From: Eledone cirrhosa
Lineage: Eukaryota
Length of the DNA: 64,000 nt
NCBI GenBank assembly: GCA_964016885.1
Contig: OZ024743.1
Coordinates: forward strand, 339,140,001 to 339,204,000
Direction of reading: 5' to 3'
The notes beneath the pieces are model-generated. The model was given only the letters and a program-made list of their open reading frames with translations, was not told the DNA's origin and ran no database searches. Positions 50,601-64,000 of the stretch are shown one piece after another. The stretch's first letter is position 1. Each line of letters starts with the position of its first letter. Made by a program: the position numbers and the translations under genes.

Positions 50601-53600
50601 ATGATGGCTGTGAGTGTTAGGCGTTTGACCGCCCCGTGCCTTCGAAGAAGGAAGAAGGAAAGGATTTTGTTTTTTTTGTTTTGAAGATACGCTAGAATTA
50701 GGGATTGAGGTTTGAAAATACGTTAGGAATTAAGGTTTGAAAATAGCTAGCAAGAAGGTAATGATTGAATGGGGTCCATGCATTTAACAAGCGATTAACA
50801 AAAATACAAAATTTGTTCTGTTAAATACGTCCAAAAACCTACGTATTTAGCAATTAATAGAAACAGAAAATGTAGTTTGTTTTAGCGATAGATTGGCTAT
50901 TTGGACTTGATACGAAATATGGATTGTTTTGAAAATACGCTAGAATTAAGATTTGTGGAGGGAGAGAGATGAAGTCTGTACATTACGTTTACATGAATAT
51001 CGTGGCCAGCAAGCAATGAAATGAAATTTGGCGAAGTGAATTCCTATCATATATTTATAGAGAGAGAGAGAGAGTGAGAGAGAGCGAGGGGAGGGGGCCA
51101 CATGATGGCTGTGAGTGTTAGGCGTTTGACCGCCCCGTGCCTTGGAAGAAGGAAGAAGGAAAGGATTTTGTTTTTTTTGTTTTGAAGATACGCTAGAATT
51201 AGGGATTGAGGTTTGAAAATACGTTAGGAATTAAGGTTTGAAAATAGCTAGCAAGAAGGTAATGATTGAATGGGGTCCATGCATTTAACAAGCGATTAAC
51301 AAAAATACAAAATTTGTTCTGTTAAATACGTCCAAAAACCTACGTATTTAGCAATTAATAGAAACAGAAAATGTAGTTTGTTTTAGCGATAGATTTGAAG
51401 ATACGCTAGAATTAGGGATTGAGGTTTGAAAATACGTTAGGAATTAAGGTTTGAAAATAGCTAGCAAGAAGGTAATGATTGAATGGGGTCCATGCATTTA
51501 ACAAGCGATTAACAAAAATACAAAATTTGTTCTGTTAAATACGTCCAAAAACCTACGTATTTAGCAATTAATAGAAACAGAAAATGTAGTTTGTTTTAGC
51601 GATAGATTTGAAGATACGCTAGAATTAGGGATTGAGGTTTGAAAATACGTTAGGAATTAAGGTTTGAAAATAGCTAGCAAGAAGGTAATGATTGAATGGG
51701 GTCCATGCATTTAACAAGCGATTAACAAAAATACAAAATTTGTTCTGTTAAATACGTCCAAAAACCTACGTATTTAGCAATTAATAGAAACAGAAAATGT
51801 AGTTTGTTTTAGCGATAGATTGGCTATTTGGACTTGATACGAAATATGGATTGTTTTGAAAATACGCTAGAATTAAGATTTGTGGAGGGAGAGAGATGAA
51901 GTCTGTACATTACGTTTACATGAATATCGTGGCCAGCAAGCAATGAAATGAAATTTGGCGAAGTGAATTCCTATCATATATTTATAGAGAGAGAGAGAGA
52001 GTGAGAGAGAGCGAGGGGAGGGGGCCACATGATGGCTGTGAGTGTTAGGCGTTTGACCGCCCCGTGCCTTCGAAGAAGGAAGAAGGAAAGGATTTTGTTT
52101 TTTTTGTTTTGAAGATACGCTAGAATTAGGGATTGAGGTTTGAAAATACGTTAGGAATTAAGGTTTGAAAATAGCTAGCAAGAAGGTAATGATTGAATGG
52201 GGTCCATGCATTTAACAAGCGATTAACAAAAATACAAAATTTGTTCTGTTAAATACGTCCAAAAACCTACGTATTTAGCACTTAATAGAAACAGAAAATG
52301 TAGTTTGTTTTAGCGATAGATTGGCTATTTGGACTTGATACGAAATATGGATTGTTTTGAAAATACGCTAGAATTAAGATTTGTGGAGGGAGAGAGATGA
52401 AGTCTGTACATTACGTTTACATGAATATCGTGGTCAGCAAGCAATGAAATGAAATTTGGCGAAGTGAATTCCTATCATATATTTATAGAGAGAGAGAGAG
52501 AGTGAGAGAGAGCGAGGGGAGGGGGCCACATGATGGCTGTGAGTGTTAGGCGTTTGACCGCCCCGTGCCTTCGAAGAAGGAAGAAGGAAAGGATTTTGTT
52601 TTTTTTGTTTTGAAGATACGCTAGAATTAGGGATTGAGGTTTGAAAATACGTTAGGAATTAAGGTTTGAAAATAGCTAGCAAGAAGGTAATGATTGAATG
52701 GGGTCCATGCATTTAACAAGCGATTAACAAAAATACAAAATTTGTTCTGTTAAATACGTCCAAAAACCTACGTATTTAGCAATTAATAGAAACAGAAAAT
52801 GTAGTTTGTTTTAGCGATAGATTTGAAGATACGCTAGAATTAGGGATTGAGGTTTGAAAATACGTTAGGAATTAAGGTTTGAAAATAGCTAGCAAGAAGG
52901 TAATGATTGAATGGGGTCCATGCATTTAACAAGCGATTAACAAAAATACAAAATTTGTTCTGTTAAATACGTCCAAAAACCTACGTATTTAGCAATTAAT
53001 AGAAACAGAAAATGTAGTTTGTTTTAGCGATAGATTGGCTATTTGGACTTGATACGAAATATGGATTGTTTTGAAAATACGCTAGAATTAAGATTTGTGG
53101 AGGGAGAGAGATGAAGTCTGTACATTACGTTTACATGAATATCGTGGTCAGCAAGCAATGAAATGAAATTTGGCGAAGTGAATTCCTATCATATATTTAT
53201 AGAGAGAGAGAGAGAGTGAGACAGAGCGAGGGGAGGGGGCCACATGATGGCTGTGAGTGTTAGGCGTTTGACCGCCCCGTGCCTTCGAAGAAGGAAGAAG
53301 GAAAGGATTTTGTTTTTTTTGTTTTGAAGATACGCTAGAATTAGGGATTGAGGTTTGAAAATACGTTAGGAATTAAGGTTTGAAAATAGCTAGCAAGAAG
53401 GTAATGATTGAATGGGGTCCATGCATTTAACAAGCGATTAACAAAAATACAAAATTTGTTCTGTTAAATACGTCCAAAAACCTACGTATTTAGCAATTAA
53501 TAGAAACAGAAAATGTAGTTTGTTTTAGCGATAGATTGGCTATTTGGACTTGATACGAAATATGGATTGTTTTGAAAATACGCTAGAATAAAGATTTGTG

Positions 53601-56600
53601 GAGGGAGAGAGATGAAGTCTGTACATTACGTTTACATGAATATCGTGGTCAGCAAGCAATGAAATGAAATTTGGCGAAGTGAATTCCTATCATATATTTA
53701 TAGAGAGAGAGAGAGAGTGAGAGAGAGCGAGGGGAGGGGGCCACATGATGGCTGTGAGTGTTAGGCGTTTGACCGCCCCGTGCCTTCGAAGAAGGAAGAA
53801 GGAAAGGATTTTGTTTTTTTTGTTTTGAAGATACGCTAGAATTAGGGATTGAGGTTTGAAAATACGTTAGGAATTAAGGTTTGAAAATAGCTAGCAAGAA
53901 GGTAATGATTGAATGGGGTCCATGCATTTAACAAGCGATTAACAAAAATACAAAATTTGTTCTGTTAAATACGTCCAAAAACCTACGTATTTAGCAATTA
54001 ATAGAAACAGAAAATGTAGTTTGTTTTAGCGATAGATTGGCTATTTGGACTTGATACGAAATATGGATTGTTTTGAAAATACGCTAGAATTAAGATTTGT
54101 GGAGGGAGAGAGATGAAGTCTGTACATTACGTTTACATGAATATCGTGGTCAGCAAGCAATGAAATGAAATTTGGCGAAGTGAATTCATATCATATATTT
54201 ATAGAGAGAGAGAGAGAGTGAGAGAGAGCGAGGGGAGGGGGCCACATGATGGCTGTGAGTGTTAGGCGTTTGACCGCCCCGTGCCTTCGAAGAAGGAAGA
54301 AGGAAAGGATTTTGTTTTTTTTGTTTTGAAGATACGCTAGAATTAGGGATTGAGGTTTGAAAATACGTTAGGAATTAAGGTTTGAAAATAGCTAGCAAGA
54401 AGGTAATGATTGAATGGGGTCCATGCATTTAACAAGCGATTAACAAAAATACAAAATTTGTTCTGTTAAATACGTCCAAAAACCTACGTATTTAGCAATT
54501 AATAGAAACAGAAAATGTAGTTTGTTTTAGCGATAGATTGGCTATTTGGACTTGATACGAAATATGGATTGTTTTGAAAATACGCTAGAATTAAGATTTG
54601 TGGAGGGAGAGAGATGAAGTCTGTACATTACGTTTACATGAATATCGTGGCCAGCAAGCAATGAAATGAAATTTGGCGAAGTGAATTCCTATCATATATT
54701 TATAGAGAGAGAGAGAGAGTGAGAGAGAGCGAGGGGAGGGGGCCACATGATGGCTGTGAGTGTTAGGCGTTTGACCGCCCCGTGCCTTCGAAGAAGGAAG
54801 AAGGAAAGGATTTTGTTTTTTTTGTTTTGAAGATACGCTAGAATTAGGGATTGAGGTTTGAAAATACGTTAGGAATTAAGGTTTGAAAATAGCTAGCAAG
54901 AAGGTAATGATTGAATGGGGTCCATGCATTTAACAAGCGATTAACAAAAATACAAAATTTGTTCTGTTAAATACGTCCAAAAACCTACGTATTTAGCACT
55001 TAATAGAAACAGAAAATGTAGTTTGTTTTAGCGATAGATTGGCTATTTGGACTTGATACGAAATATGGATTGTTTTGAAAATACGCTAGAATTAAGATTT
55101 GTGGAGGGAGAGAGATGAAGTCTGTACATTACGTTTACATGAATATCGTGGTCAGCAAGCAATGAAATGAAATTTGGCGAAGTGAATTCCTATCATATAT
55201 TTATAGAGAGAGAGAGAGAGTGAGAGAGAGCGAGGGGAGGGGGCCACATGATGGCTGTGAGTGTTAGGCGTTTGACCGCCCCGTGCCTTCGAAGAAGGAA
55301 GAAGGAAAGGATTTTGTTTTTTTTGTTTTGAAGATACGCTAGAATTAGGGATTGAGGTTTGAAAATACGTTAGGAATTAAGGTTTGAAAATAGCTAGCAA
55401 GAAGGTAATGATTGAATGGGGTCCATGCATTTAACAAGCGATTAACAAAAATACAAAATTTGTTCTGTTAAATACGTCCAAAAACCTACGTATTTAGCAA
55501 TTAATAGAAACAGAAAATGTAGTTTGTTTTAGCGATAGATTTGAAGATACGCTAGAATTAGGGATTGAGGTTTGAAAATACGTTAGGAATTAAGGTTTGA
55601 AAATAGCTAGCAAGAAGGTAATGATTGAATGGGGTCCATGCATTTAACAAGCGATTAACAAAAATACAAAATTTGTTCTGTTAAATACGTCCAAAAACCT
55701 ACGTATTTAGCAATTAATAGAAACAGAAAATGTAGTTTGTTTTAGCGATAGATTGGCTATTTGGACTTGATACGAAATATGGATTGTTTTGAAAATACGC
55801 TAGAATTAAGATTTGTGGAGGGAGAGAGATGAAGTCTGTACATTACGTTTACATGAATATCGTGGTCAGCAAGCAATGAAATGAAATTTGGCGAAGTGAA
55901 TTCCTATCATATATTTATAGAGAGAGAGAGAGAGTGAGACAGAGCGAGGGGAGGGGGCCACATGATGGCTGTGAGTGTTAGGCGTTTGACCGCCCCGTGC
56001 CTTCGAAGAAGGAAGAAGGAAAGGATTTTGTTTTTTTTGTTTTGAAGATACGCTAGAATTAGGGATTGAGGTTTGAAAATACGTTAGGAATTAAGGTTTG
56101 AAAATAGCTAGCAAGAAGGTAATGATTGAATGGGGTCCATGCATTTAACAAGCGATTAACAAAAATACAAAATTTGTTCTGTTAAATACGTCCAAAAACC
56201 TACGTATTTAGCAATTAATAGAAACAGAAAATGTAGTTTGTTTTAGCGATAGATTGGCTATTTGGACTTGATACGAAATATGGATTGTTTTGAAAATACG
56301 CTAGAATAAAGATTTGTGGAGGGAGAGAGATGAAGTCTGTACATTACGTTTACATGAATATCGTGGTCAGCAAGCAATGAAATGAAATTTGGCGAAGTGA
56401 ATTCCTATCATATATTTATAGAGAGAGAGAGAGAGTGAGAGAGAGCGAGGGGAGGGGGCCACATGATGGCTGTGAGTGTTAGGCGTTTGACCGCCCCGTG
56501 CCTTCGAAGAAGGAAGAAGGAAAGGATTTTGTTTTTTTTGTTTTGAAGATACGCTAGAATTAGGGATTGAGGTTTGAAAATACGTTAGGAATTAAGGTTT

Positions 56601-59600
56601 GAAAATAGCTAGCAAGGAGGTAATGATTGAATGGGGTCCATGCATTTAACAAGCGATTAACAAAAATACAAAATTTGTTCTGTTAAATACGTCCAAAAAC
56701 CTACGTATTTAGCAATTAATAGAAACAGAAAATGTAGTTTGTTTTAGCGATAGATTGGCTATTTGGACTTGATACTAAATATGGATTGTTTTGAAAATAC
56801 GCTAGAATTAAGATTTGTGGAGGGACAGAGATGAAGTCTGTACATTACGTTTACATGAATATCGTGGTCAGCAAGCAATGAAATGAAATTTGGCGAAGTG
56901 AATTCCTATCATATATTTATAGAGAGAGAGAGAGAGTGAGAGAGAGCGAGGGGAGGGGGCCACATGATGGCTGTGAGTGTTAGGCGTTTGACCGCCCCGT
57001 GCCTTCGAAGAAGGAAGAAGGAAAGGATTTTGTTTTTTTTGTTTTGAAGATACGCTAGAATTAGGGATTGAGGTTTGAAAATACGTTAGGAATTAAGGTT
57101 TGAAAATAGCTAGCAAGAAGGTAATGATTGAATGGGGTCCATGCATTTAACAAGCGATTAACAAAAATACAAAATTTGTTCTGTTAAATACGTCCAAAAA
57201 CCTACGTATTTAGCAATTAATAGAAACAGAAAATGTAGTTTGTTTTAGCGATAGATTTGAAGATACGCTAGAATTAGGGATTGAGGTTTGAAAATACGTT
57301 AGGAATTCAGGTTTGAAAATAGCTAGCAAGAAGGTAATGATTGAATGGGGTCCATGCATTTAACAAGCGATTAACAAAAATACAAAATTTGTTCTGTTAA
57401 ATACGTCCAAAAACCTACGTATTTAGCAATTAATAGAAACAGAAAATGTAGTTTGTTTTAGCGATAGATTGGCTATTTGGACTTGATACGAAATATGGAT
57501 TGTTTTGAAAATACGCTAGAATTAAGATTTGTGGAGGGAGAGAGATGAAGTCTGTACATTACGTTTACATGAATATCGTGGTCAGCAAGCAATGAAATGA
57601 AATTTGGCGAAGTGAATTCCTATCATATATTTATAGAGAGGGAGAGAGAGTGAGACAGAGCGAGGGGAGGGGGCCACATGATGGCTGTGAGTGTTAGGCG
57701 TTTGACCGCCCCGTGCCTTCGAAGAAGGAAGAAGGAAAGGATTTTGTTTTTTTTGTTTTGAAGATACGCTAGAATTAGGGATTGAGGTTTGAAAATACGT
57801 TAGGAATTAAGGTTTGAAAATAGCTAGCAAGAAGGTAATGATTGAATGTGGTCCATGCATTTAACAAGCGATTAACAAAAATACAAAATTTGTTCTGTTA
57901 AATACGTCCAAAAACCTACGTATTTAGCAATTAATAGAAACAGAAAATGTAGTTTGTTTTAGCGATAGATTTGAAGATACGCTAGAATTAGGGATTGAGG
58001 TTTGAAAATACGTTAGGAATTAAGGTTTGAAAATAGCTAGCAAGAAGGTAATGATTGAATGGGGTCCATGCATTTAACAAGCGATTAACAAAAATACAAA
58101 ATTTGTTCTGTTAAATACGTCCAAAAACCTACGTATTTAGCAATTAATAGAAACAGAAAATGTAGTTTGTTTTAGCGATAGATTGGCTATTTGGACTTGA
58201 TACGAAATATGGATTGTTTTGAAAATACGCTAGAATTAAGATTTGTGGAGGGAGAGAGATGAAGTCTGTACATTACGTTTACATGAATATCGTGGCCAGC
58301 AAGCAATGAAATGAAATTTGGCGAAGTGAATTCCTATCATATATTTATAGAGAGAGAGAGAGAGTGAGAGAGAGCGAGGGGAGGGGGCCACATGATGGCT
58401 GTGAGTGTTAGGCGTTTGACCGCCCCGTGCCTTCGAAGAAGGAAGAAGGAAAGGATTTTGTTTTTTTTGTTTTGAAGATACGCTAGAATTAGGGATTGAG
58501 GTTTGAAAATACGTTAGGAATTAAGGTTTGAAAATAGCTAGCAAGAAGGTAATGATTGAATGGGGTCCATGCATTTAACAAGCGATTAACAAAAATACAA
58601 AATTTGTTCTGTTAAATACGTCCAAAAACCTACGTATTTAGCAATTAATAGAAACAGAAAATGTAGTTTGTTTTAGCGATAGATTGGCTATTTGGACTTG
58701 ATACGAAATATGGATTGTTTTGAAAATACGCTAGAATTAAGATTTGTGGAGGGAGAGAGATGAAGTCTGTACATTACGTTTACATGAATATCGTGGCCAG
58801 CAAGCAATGAAATGAAATTTGGCGAAGTGAATTCCTATCATATATTTATAGAGAGAGAGAGAGAGTGAGACAGAGCGAGGGGAGGGGGCCACATGATGGC
58901 TGTGAGTGTTAGGCGTTTGACCGCCCCGTGCCTTCGAAGAAGGAAGAAGGAAAGGATTTTGTTTTTTTTGTTTTGAAGATACGCTAGAATTAGGGATTGA
59001 GGTTTGAAAATACGTTAGGAATTAAGGTTTGAAAATAGCTAGCAAGAAGGTAATGATTGAATGGGGTCCATGCATTTAACAAGCGATTAACAAAAATACA
59101 AAATTTGTTCTGTTAAATACGTCCAAAAACCTACGTATTTAGCACTTAATAGAAACAGAAAATGTAGTTTGTTTTAGCGATAGATTGGCTATTTGGACTT
59201 GATACGAAATATGGATTGTTTTGAAAATACGCTAGAATTAAGATTTGTGGAGGGAGAGAGATGAAGTCTGTACATTACGTTTACATGAATATCGTGGTCA
59301 GCAAGCAATGAAATGAAATTTGGCGAAGTGAATTCCTATCATATATTTATAGAGAGAGAGAGAGAGTGAGAGAGAGCGAGGGGAGGGGGCCACATGATGG
59401 CTGTGAGTGTTAGGCGTTTGACCGCCCCGTGCCTTCGAAGAAGGAAGAAGGAAAGGATTTTGTTTTTTTTGTTTTGAAGATACGCTAGAATTAGGGATTG
59501 AGGTTTGAAAATACGTTAGGAATTAAGGTTTGAAAATAGCTAGCAAGAAGGTAATGATTGAATGGGGTCCATGCATTTAACAAGCGATTAACAAAAATAC

Positions 59601-62600
59601 AAAATTTGTTCTGTTAAATACGTCCAAAAACCTACGTATTTAGCAATTAATAGAAACAGAAAATGTAGTTTGTTTTAGCGATAGATTTGAAGATACGCTA
59701 GAATTAGGGATTGAGGTTTGAAAATACGTTAGGAATTAAGGTTTGAAAATAGCTAGCAAGAAGGTAATGATTGAATGGGGTCCATGCATTTAACAAGCGA
59801 TTAACAAAAATACAAAATTTGTTCTGTTAAATACGTCCAAAAACCTACGTATTTAGCAATTAATAGAAACAGAAAATGTAGTTTGTTTTAGCGATAGATT
59901 GGCTATTTGGACTTGATACGAAATATGGATTGTTTTGAAAATACGCTAGAATTAAGATTTGTGGAGGGAGAGAGATGAAGTCTGTACATTACGTTTACAT
60001 GAATATCGTGGCCAGCAAGCAATGAAATGAAATTTGGCGAAGTGAATTCCTATCATATATTTATAGAGAGAGAGAGAGAGTGAGAGAGAGCGAGGGGAGG
60101 GGGCCACATGATGGCTGTGAGTGTTAGGCGTTTGACCGCCCCGTGCCTTCGAAGAAGGAAGAAGGAAAGGATTTTGTTTTTTTTGTTTTGAAGATACGCT
60201 AGAATTAGGGATTGAGGTTTGAAAATACGTTAGGAATTAAGGTTTGAAAATAGCTAGCAAGAAGGTAATGATTGAATGGGGTCCATGCATTTAACAAGCG
60301 ATTAACAAAAATACAAAATTTGTTCTGTTAAATACGTCCAAAAACCTACGTATTTAGCAATTAATAGAAACAGAAAATGTAGTTTGTTTTAGCGATTGAT
60401 TGGCTATTTGGACTTGATACGAAATATGGATTGTTTTGAAAATACGCTAGAATTAAGATTTGTGGAGGGAGAGAGATGAAGTCTGTACATTACGTTTACA
60501 TGAATATCGTGGCCAGCAAGCAATGAAATGAAATTTGGGGAAGTGAATTCCTATCATATATTTATAGAGAGAGAGAGAGAGTGAGAGAGAGCGAGGGGAG
60601 GGGGCCACATGATGGCTGTGAGTGTTAGGCGTTTGACCGCCCCGTGCCTTCGAAGAAGGAAGAAGGAAAGGATTTTGTTTTTTTTGTTTTGAAGATACGC
60701 TATAATTAGGGATTGAGGTTTGAAAATACGTTAGGAATTAAGGTTTGAAAATAGCTAGCAAGAAGGTAATGATTGAATGGGGTCCATGCATTTAACAAGC
60801 GATTAACAAAAATACAAAATTTGTTCTGTTAAATACGTCCAAAAACCTACGTATTTAGCAATTAATAGAAACAGAAAATGTAGTTTGTTTTAGCGATAGA
60901 TTGGCTATTTGGACTTGATACGAAATATGGATTGTTTTGAAAATACGCTAGAATTAAGATTTGTGGAGGGAGAGAGATGAAGTCTGTACATTACGTTTAC
61001 ATGAATATCGTGGCCAGCAAGCAATGAAATGAAATTTGGCGAAGTGAATTCCTATCATATATTTATAGAGAGAGAGAGAGAGTGAGAGAGAGCGAGGAGA
61101 GGGGGCCACATGATGGCTGTGAGTGTTAGGCGTTTGACCGCCCCGTGCCTTCGAAGAAGGAAGAAGGAAAGGATTTTGTTTTTTTTGTTTTGAAGATACG
61201 CTAGAATTAGGGATTGAGGTTTGAAAATACGTTAGGAATTAAGGTTTGAAAATAGCTAGCAAGAAGGTAATGATTGAATGGGGTCCATGCATTTAACAAG
61301 CGATTAACAAAAATACAAAATTTGTTCTGTTAAATACGTCCAAAAACCTACGTATTTAGCAATTAATAGAAACAGAAAATGTAGTTTGTTTTAGCGATTG
61401 ATTGGCTATTTGGACTTGATACGAAATATGGATTGTTTTGAAAATACGCTAGAATTAAGATTTGTGGAGGGAGAGAGATGAAGTCTGTACATTACGTTTA
61501 CATGAATATCGTGGCCAGCAAGCAATGAAATGAAATTTGGGGAAGTGAATTCCTATCATATATTTATAGAGAGAGAGAGAGAGTGAGAGAGAGCGAGGGG
61601 AGGGGGCCACATGATGGCTGTGAGTGTTAGGCGTTTGACCGCCCCGTGCCTTCGAAGAAGGAAGAAGGAAAGGATTTTGTTTTTTTTGTTTTGAAGATAC
61701 GCTATAATTAGGGATTGAGGTTTGAAAATACGTTAGGAATTAAGGTTTGAAAATAGCTAGCAAGAAGGTAATGATTGAATGGGGTCCATGCATTTAACAA
61801 GCGATTAACAAAAATACAAAATTTGTTCTGTTAAATACGTCCAAAAACCTACGTATTTAGCAATTAATAGAAACAGAAAATGTAGTTTGTTTTAGCGATA
61901 GATTGGCTATTTGGACTTGATACGAAATATGGATTGTTTTGAAAATACGCTAGAATTAAGATTTGTGGAGGGAGAGAGATGAAGTCTGTACATTACGTTT
62001 ACATGAATATCGTGGCCAGCAAGCAATGAAATGAAATTTGGCGAAGTGAATTCCTATCATATATTTATAGAGAGAGAGAGAGAGTGAGAGAGAGCGAGGG
62101 GAGGGGGCCACATGATGGCTGTGAGTGTTAGGCGTTTGACCGCCCCGTGCCTTCGAAGAAGGAAGAAGGAAAGGATTTTGTTTTTTTTGTTTTGAAGATA
62201 CGCTAGAATTAGGGATTGAGGTTTGAAAATACGTTAGGAATTAAGGTTTGAAAATAGCTAGCAAGAAGGTAATGATTGAATGGGGTCCATGCATTTAACA
62301 AGCGATTAACAAAAATACAAAATTTGTTCTGTTAAATACGTCCAAAAACCTACGTATTTAGCAATTAATAGAAACAGAAAATGTAGTTTGTTTTAGCGAT
62401 AGATTGGCTATTTGGACTTGATACGAAATATGGATTGTTTTGAAAATACGCTAGAATTAAGATTTGTGGAGGGAGAGAGATGAAGTCTGTACATTACGTT
62501 TACATGAATATCGTGGCCAGCAAGCAATGAAATGAAATTTGGCGAAGTGAATTCCTATCATATATTTATAGAGAGAGAGAGAGAGTGAGAGAGAGCGAGG

Positions 62601-64000
62601 GGAGGGGGCCACATGATGGCTGTGAGTGTTAGGCGTTTGACCGCCCCGTGCCTTGGAAGAAGGAAAGGATTTTGTTTTTTTTGTTTTGAAGATACGCTAG
62701 AATTAGGGATTGAGGTTTGAAAATACGTTAGGAATTAAGGTTTGAAAATAGCTAGCAAGAAGGTAATGATTGAATGGGGTCCATGCATTTAACAAGCGAT
62801 TAACAAAAATACAAAATTTGTTCTGTTAAATACGTCCAAAAACCTACGTATTTAGCAATTAATAGAAACAGAAAATGTAGTTTGTTTTAGCGATAGATTG
62901 GCTATTTGGACTTGATACGAAATATGGATTGTTTTGAAAATACGCTAGAATTAAGATTTGTGGAGGGAGAGAGATGAAGTCTGTACATTACGTTTACATG
63001 AATATCGTGGCCAGCAAGCAATGAAATGAAATTTGGCGAAGTGAATTCCTATCATATATTTATAGAGAGAGAGAGAGAGTGAGAGAGAGCGAGGGGAGGG
63101 GGCCACATGATGGCTGTGAGTGTTAGGCGTTTGATCGCCCCGTGCCTTCGAAGAAGGAAGAAGGAAAGGATTTTGTTTTTTTTGTTTTGAAGATACGCTA
63201 GAATTAGGGATTGAGGTTTGAAAATACGTTAGGAATTAAGGTTTGAAAATAGCTAGCAAGAAGGTAATGATTGAATGGGGTCCATGCATTTAACAAGCGA
63301 TTAACAAAAATACAAAATTTGTTCTGTTAAATACGTCCAAAAACCTACGTATTTAGCAATTAATAGAAACAGAAAATGTAGTTTGTTTTAGCGATAGATT
63401 GGCTATTTGGACTTGATACGAAATATGGATTGTTTTGAAAATACGCTAGAATTAAGATTTGTGGAGGGAGAGAGATGAAGTCTGTACATTACGTTTACAT
63501 GAATATCGTGGTCAGCAAGCAATGAAATGAAATTTGGCGAAGTGAATTCCTATCATATATTTATAGAGAGAGAGAGAGAGTGAGAGAGAGCGAGGGGAGG
63601 GGGCCACATGATGGCTGTGAGTGTTAGGCGTTTGACCGCCCCGTGCCTTCGAAGAAGGAAGAAGGAAAGGATTTTGTTTTTTTTGTTTTGAAGATACGCT
63701 AGAATTAGGGATTGAGGTTTGAAAATACGTTAGGAATTAAGGTTTGAAAATAGCTAGCAAGAAGGTAATGATTGAATGGGGTCCATGCATTTAACAAGCG
63801 ATTAACAAAAATACAAAATTTGTTCTGTTAAATACGTCCAAAAACCTACGTATTTAGCAATTAATAGAAACAGAAAATGTAGTTTGTTTTAGCGATAGAT
63901 TTGAAGATACGCTAGAATTAGGGATTGAGGTTTGAAAATACGTTAGGAATTAAGGTTTGAAAATAGCTAGCAAGAAGGTAATGATTGAATGGGGTCCATG
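26659..64000. repeat. Homogeneous satellite array of 501-bp and 213-bp monomers (plus 470/494/497-bp variants), continuing past the window end
   Basis: Anchor gctagcaagaaggtaatg recurs at 26661, 27162, 27632, 27845, 28058, 28559 ... 63753, 63966. Hand count: 62 long + 30 short + 1 partial. Only scattered SNPs between copies. Confidence 0.98.

Noticed and set aside
26659-64000. CRISPR array, or tandem snRNA/SL/5S gene array
   Set aside because: No unique spacers or cas genes, and the context is eukaryotic. An Sm-like ATTTGTGG occurs per long unit but without recognisable snRNA, SL or 5S sequence. No hammerhead core was found in the monomer on either strand.

Overview
Eukaryotic, gene-free, repeat-dominated window. 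The (TA)n/(CA)n seas, RTE-type tail and element repertoire resemble a cephalopod/octopus genome (inference only). (i) 1-8 kb: decayed Penelope-like elements (PLE) with inverted pseudo-LTRs, seven minimal type I hammerhead-ribozyme motifs (one fully canonical), a tRNA-like tandem/fold-back unit and microsatellites. (ii) 8-17.6 kb: a ~9.5 kb interrupted (TA)n tract ending in a 200-N gap. (iii) 17.9-21.3 kb: a 5'-truncated L1/Tx1-clade LINE with an open ORF2, sitting in a (GATA)n/(TA)n repeat with a candidate 17-bp TSD. (iv) 22.9-26.66 kb: a near full-length RTE LINE with one 1-bp homopolymer frameshift and a C4HC3 PHD finger inserted inside its RT. (v) 26.66-64 kb: a >37 kb highly homogeneous satellite of 501-bp and 213-bp monomers with ~1.9 kb and ~18 kb higher-order repeats, abutting the RTE 5' end; each long monomer carries promoter-like motifs pointing at the RTE ORF. 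All Y/I/C/V-rich ORFs are microsatellite artefacts. Coordinates and counts are by hand and may be off by a few bases.
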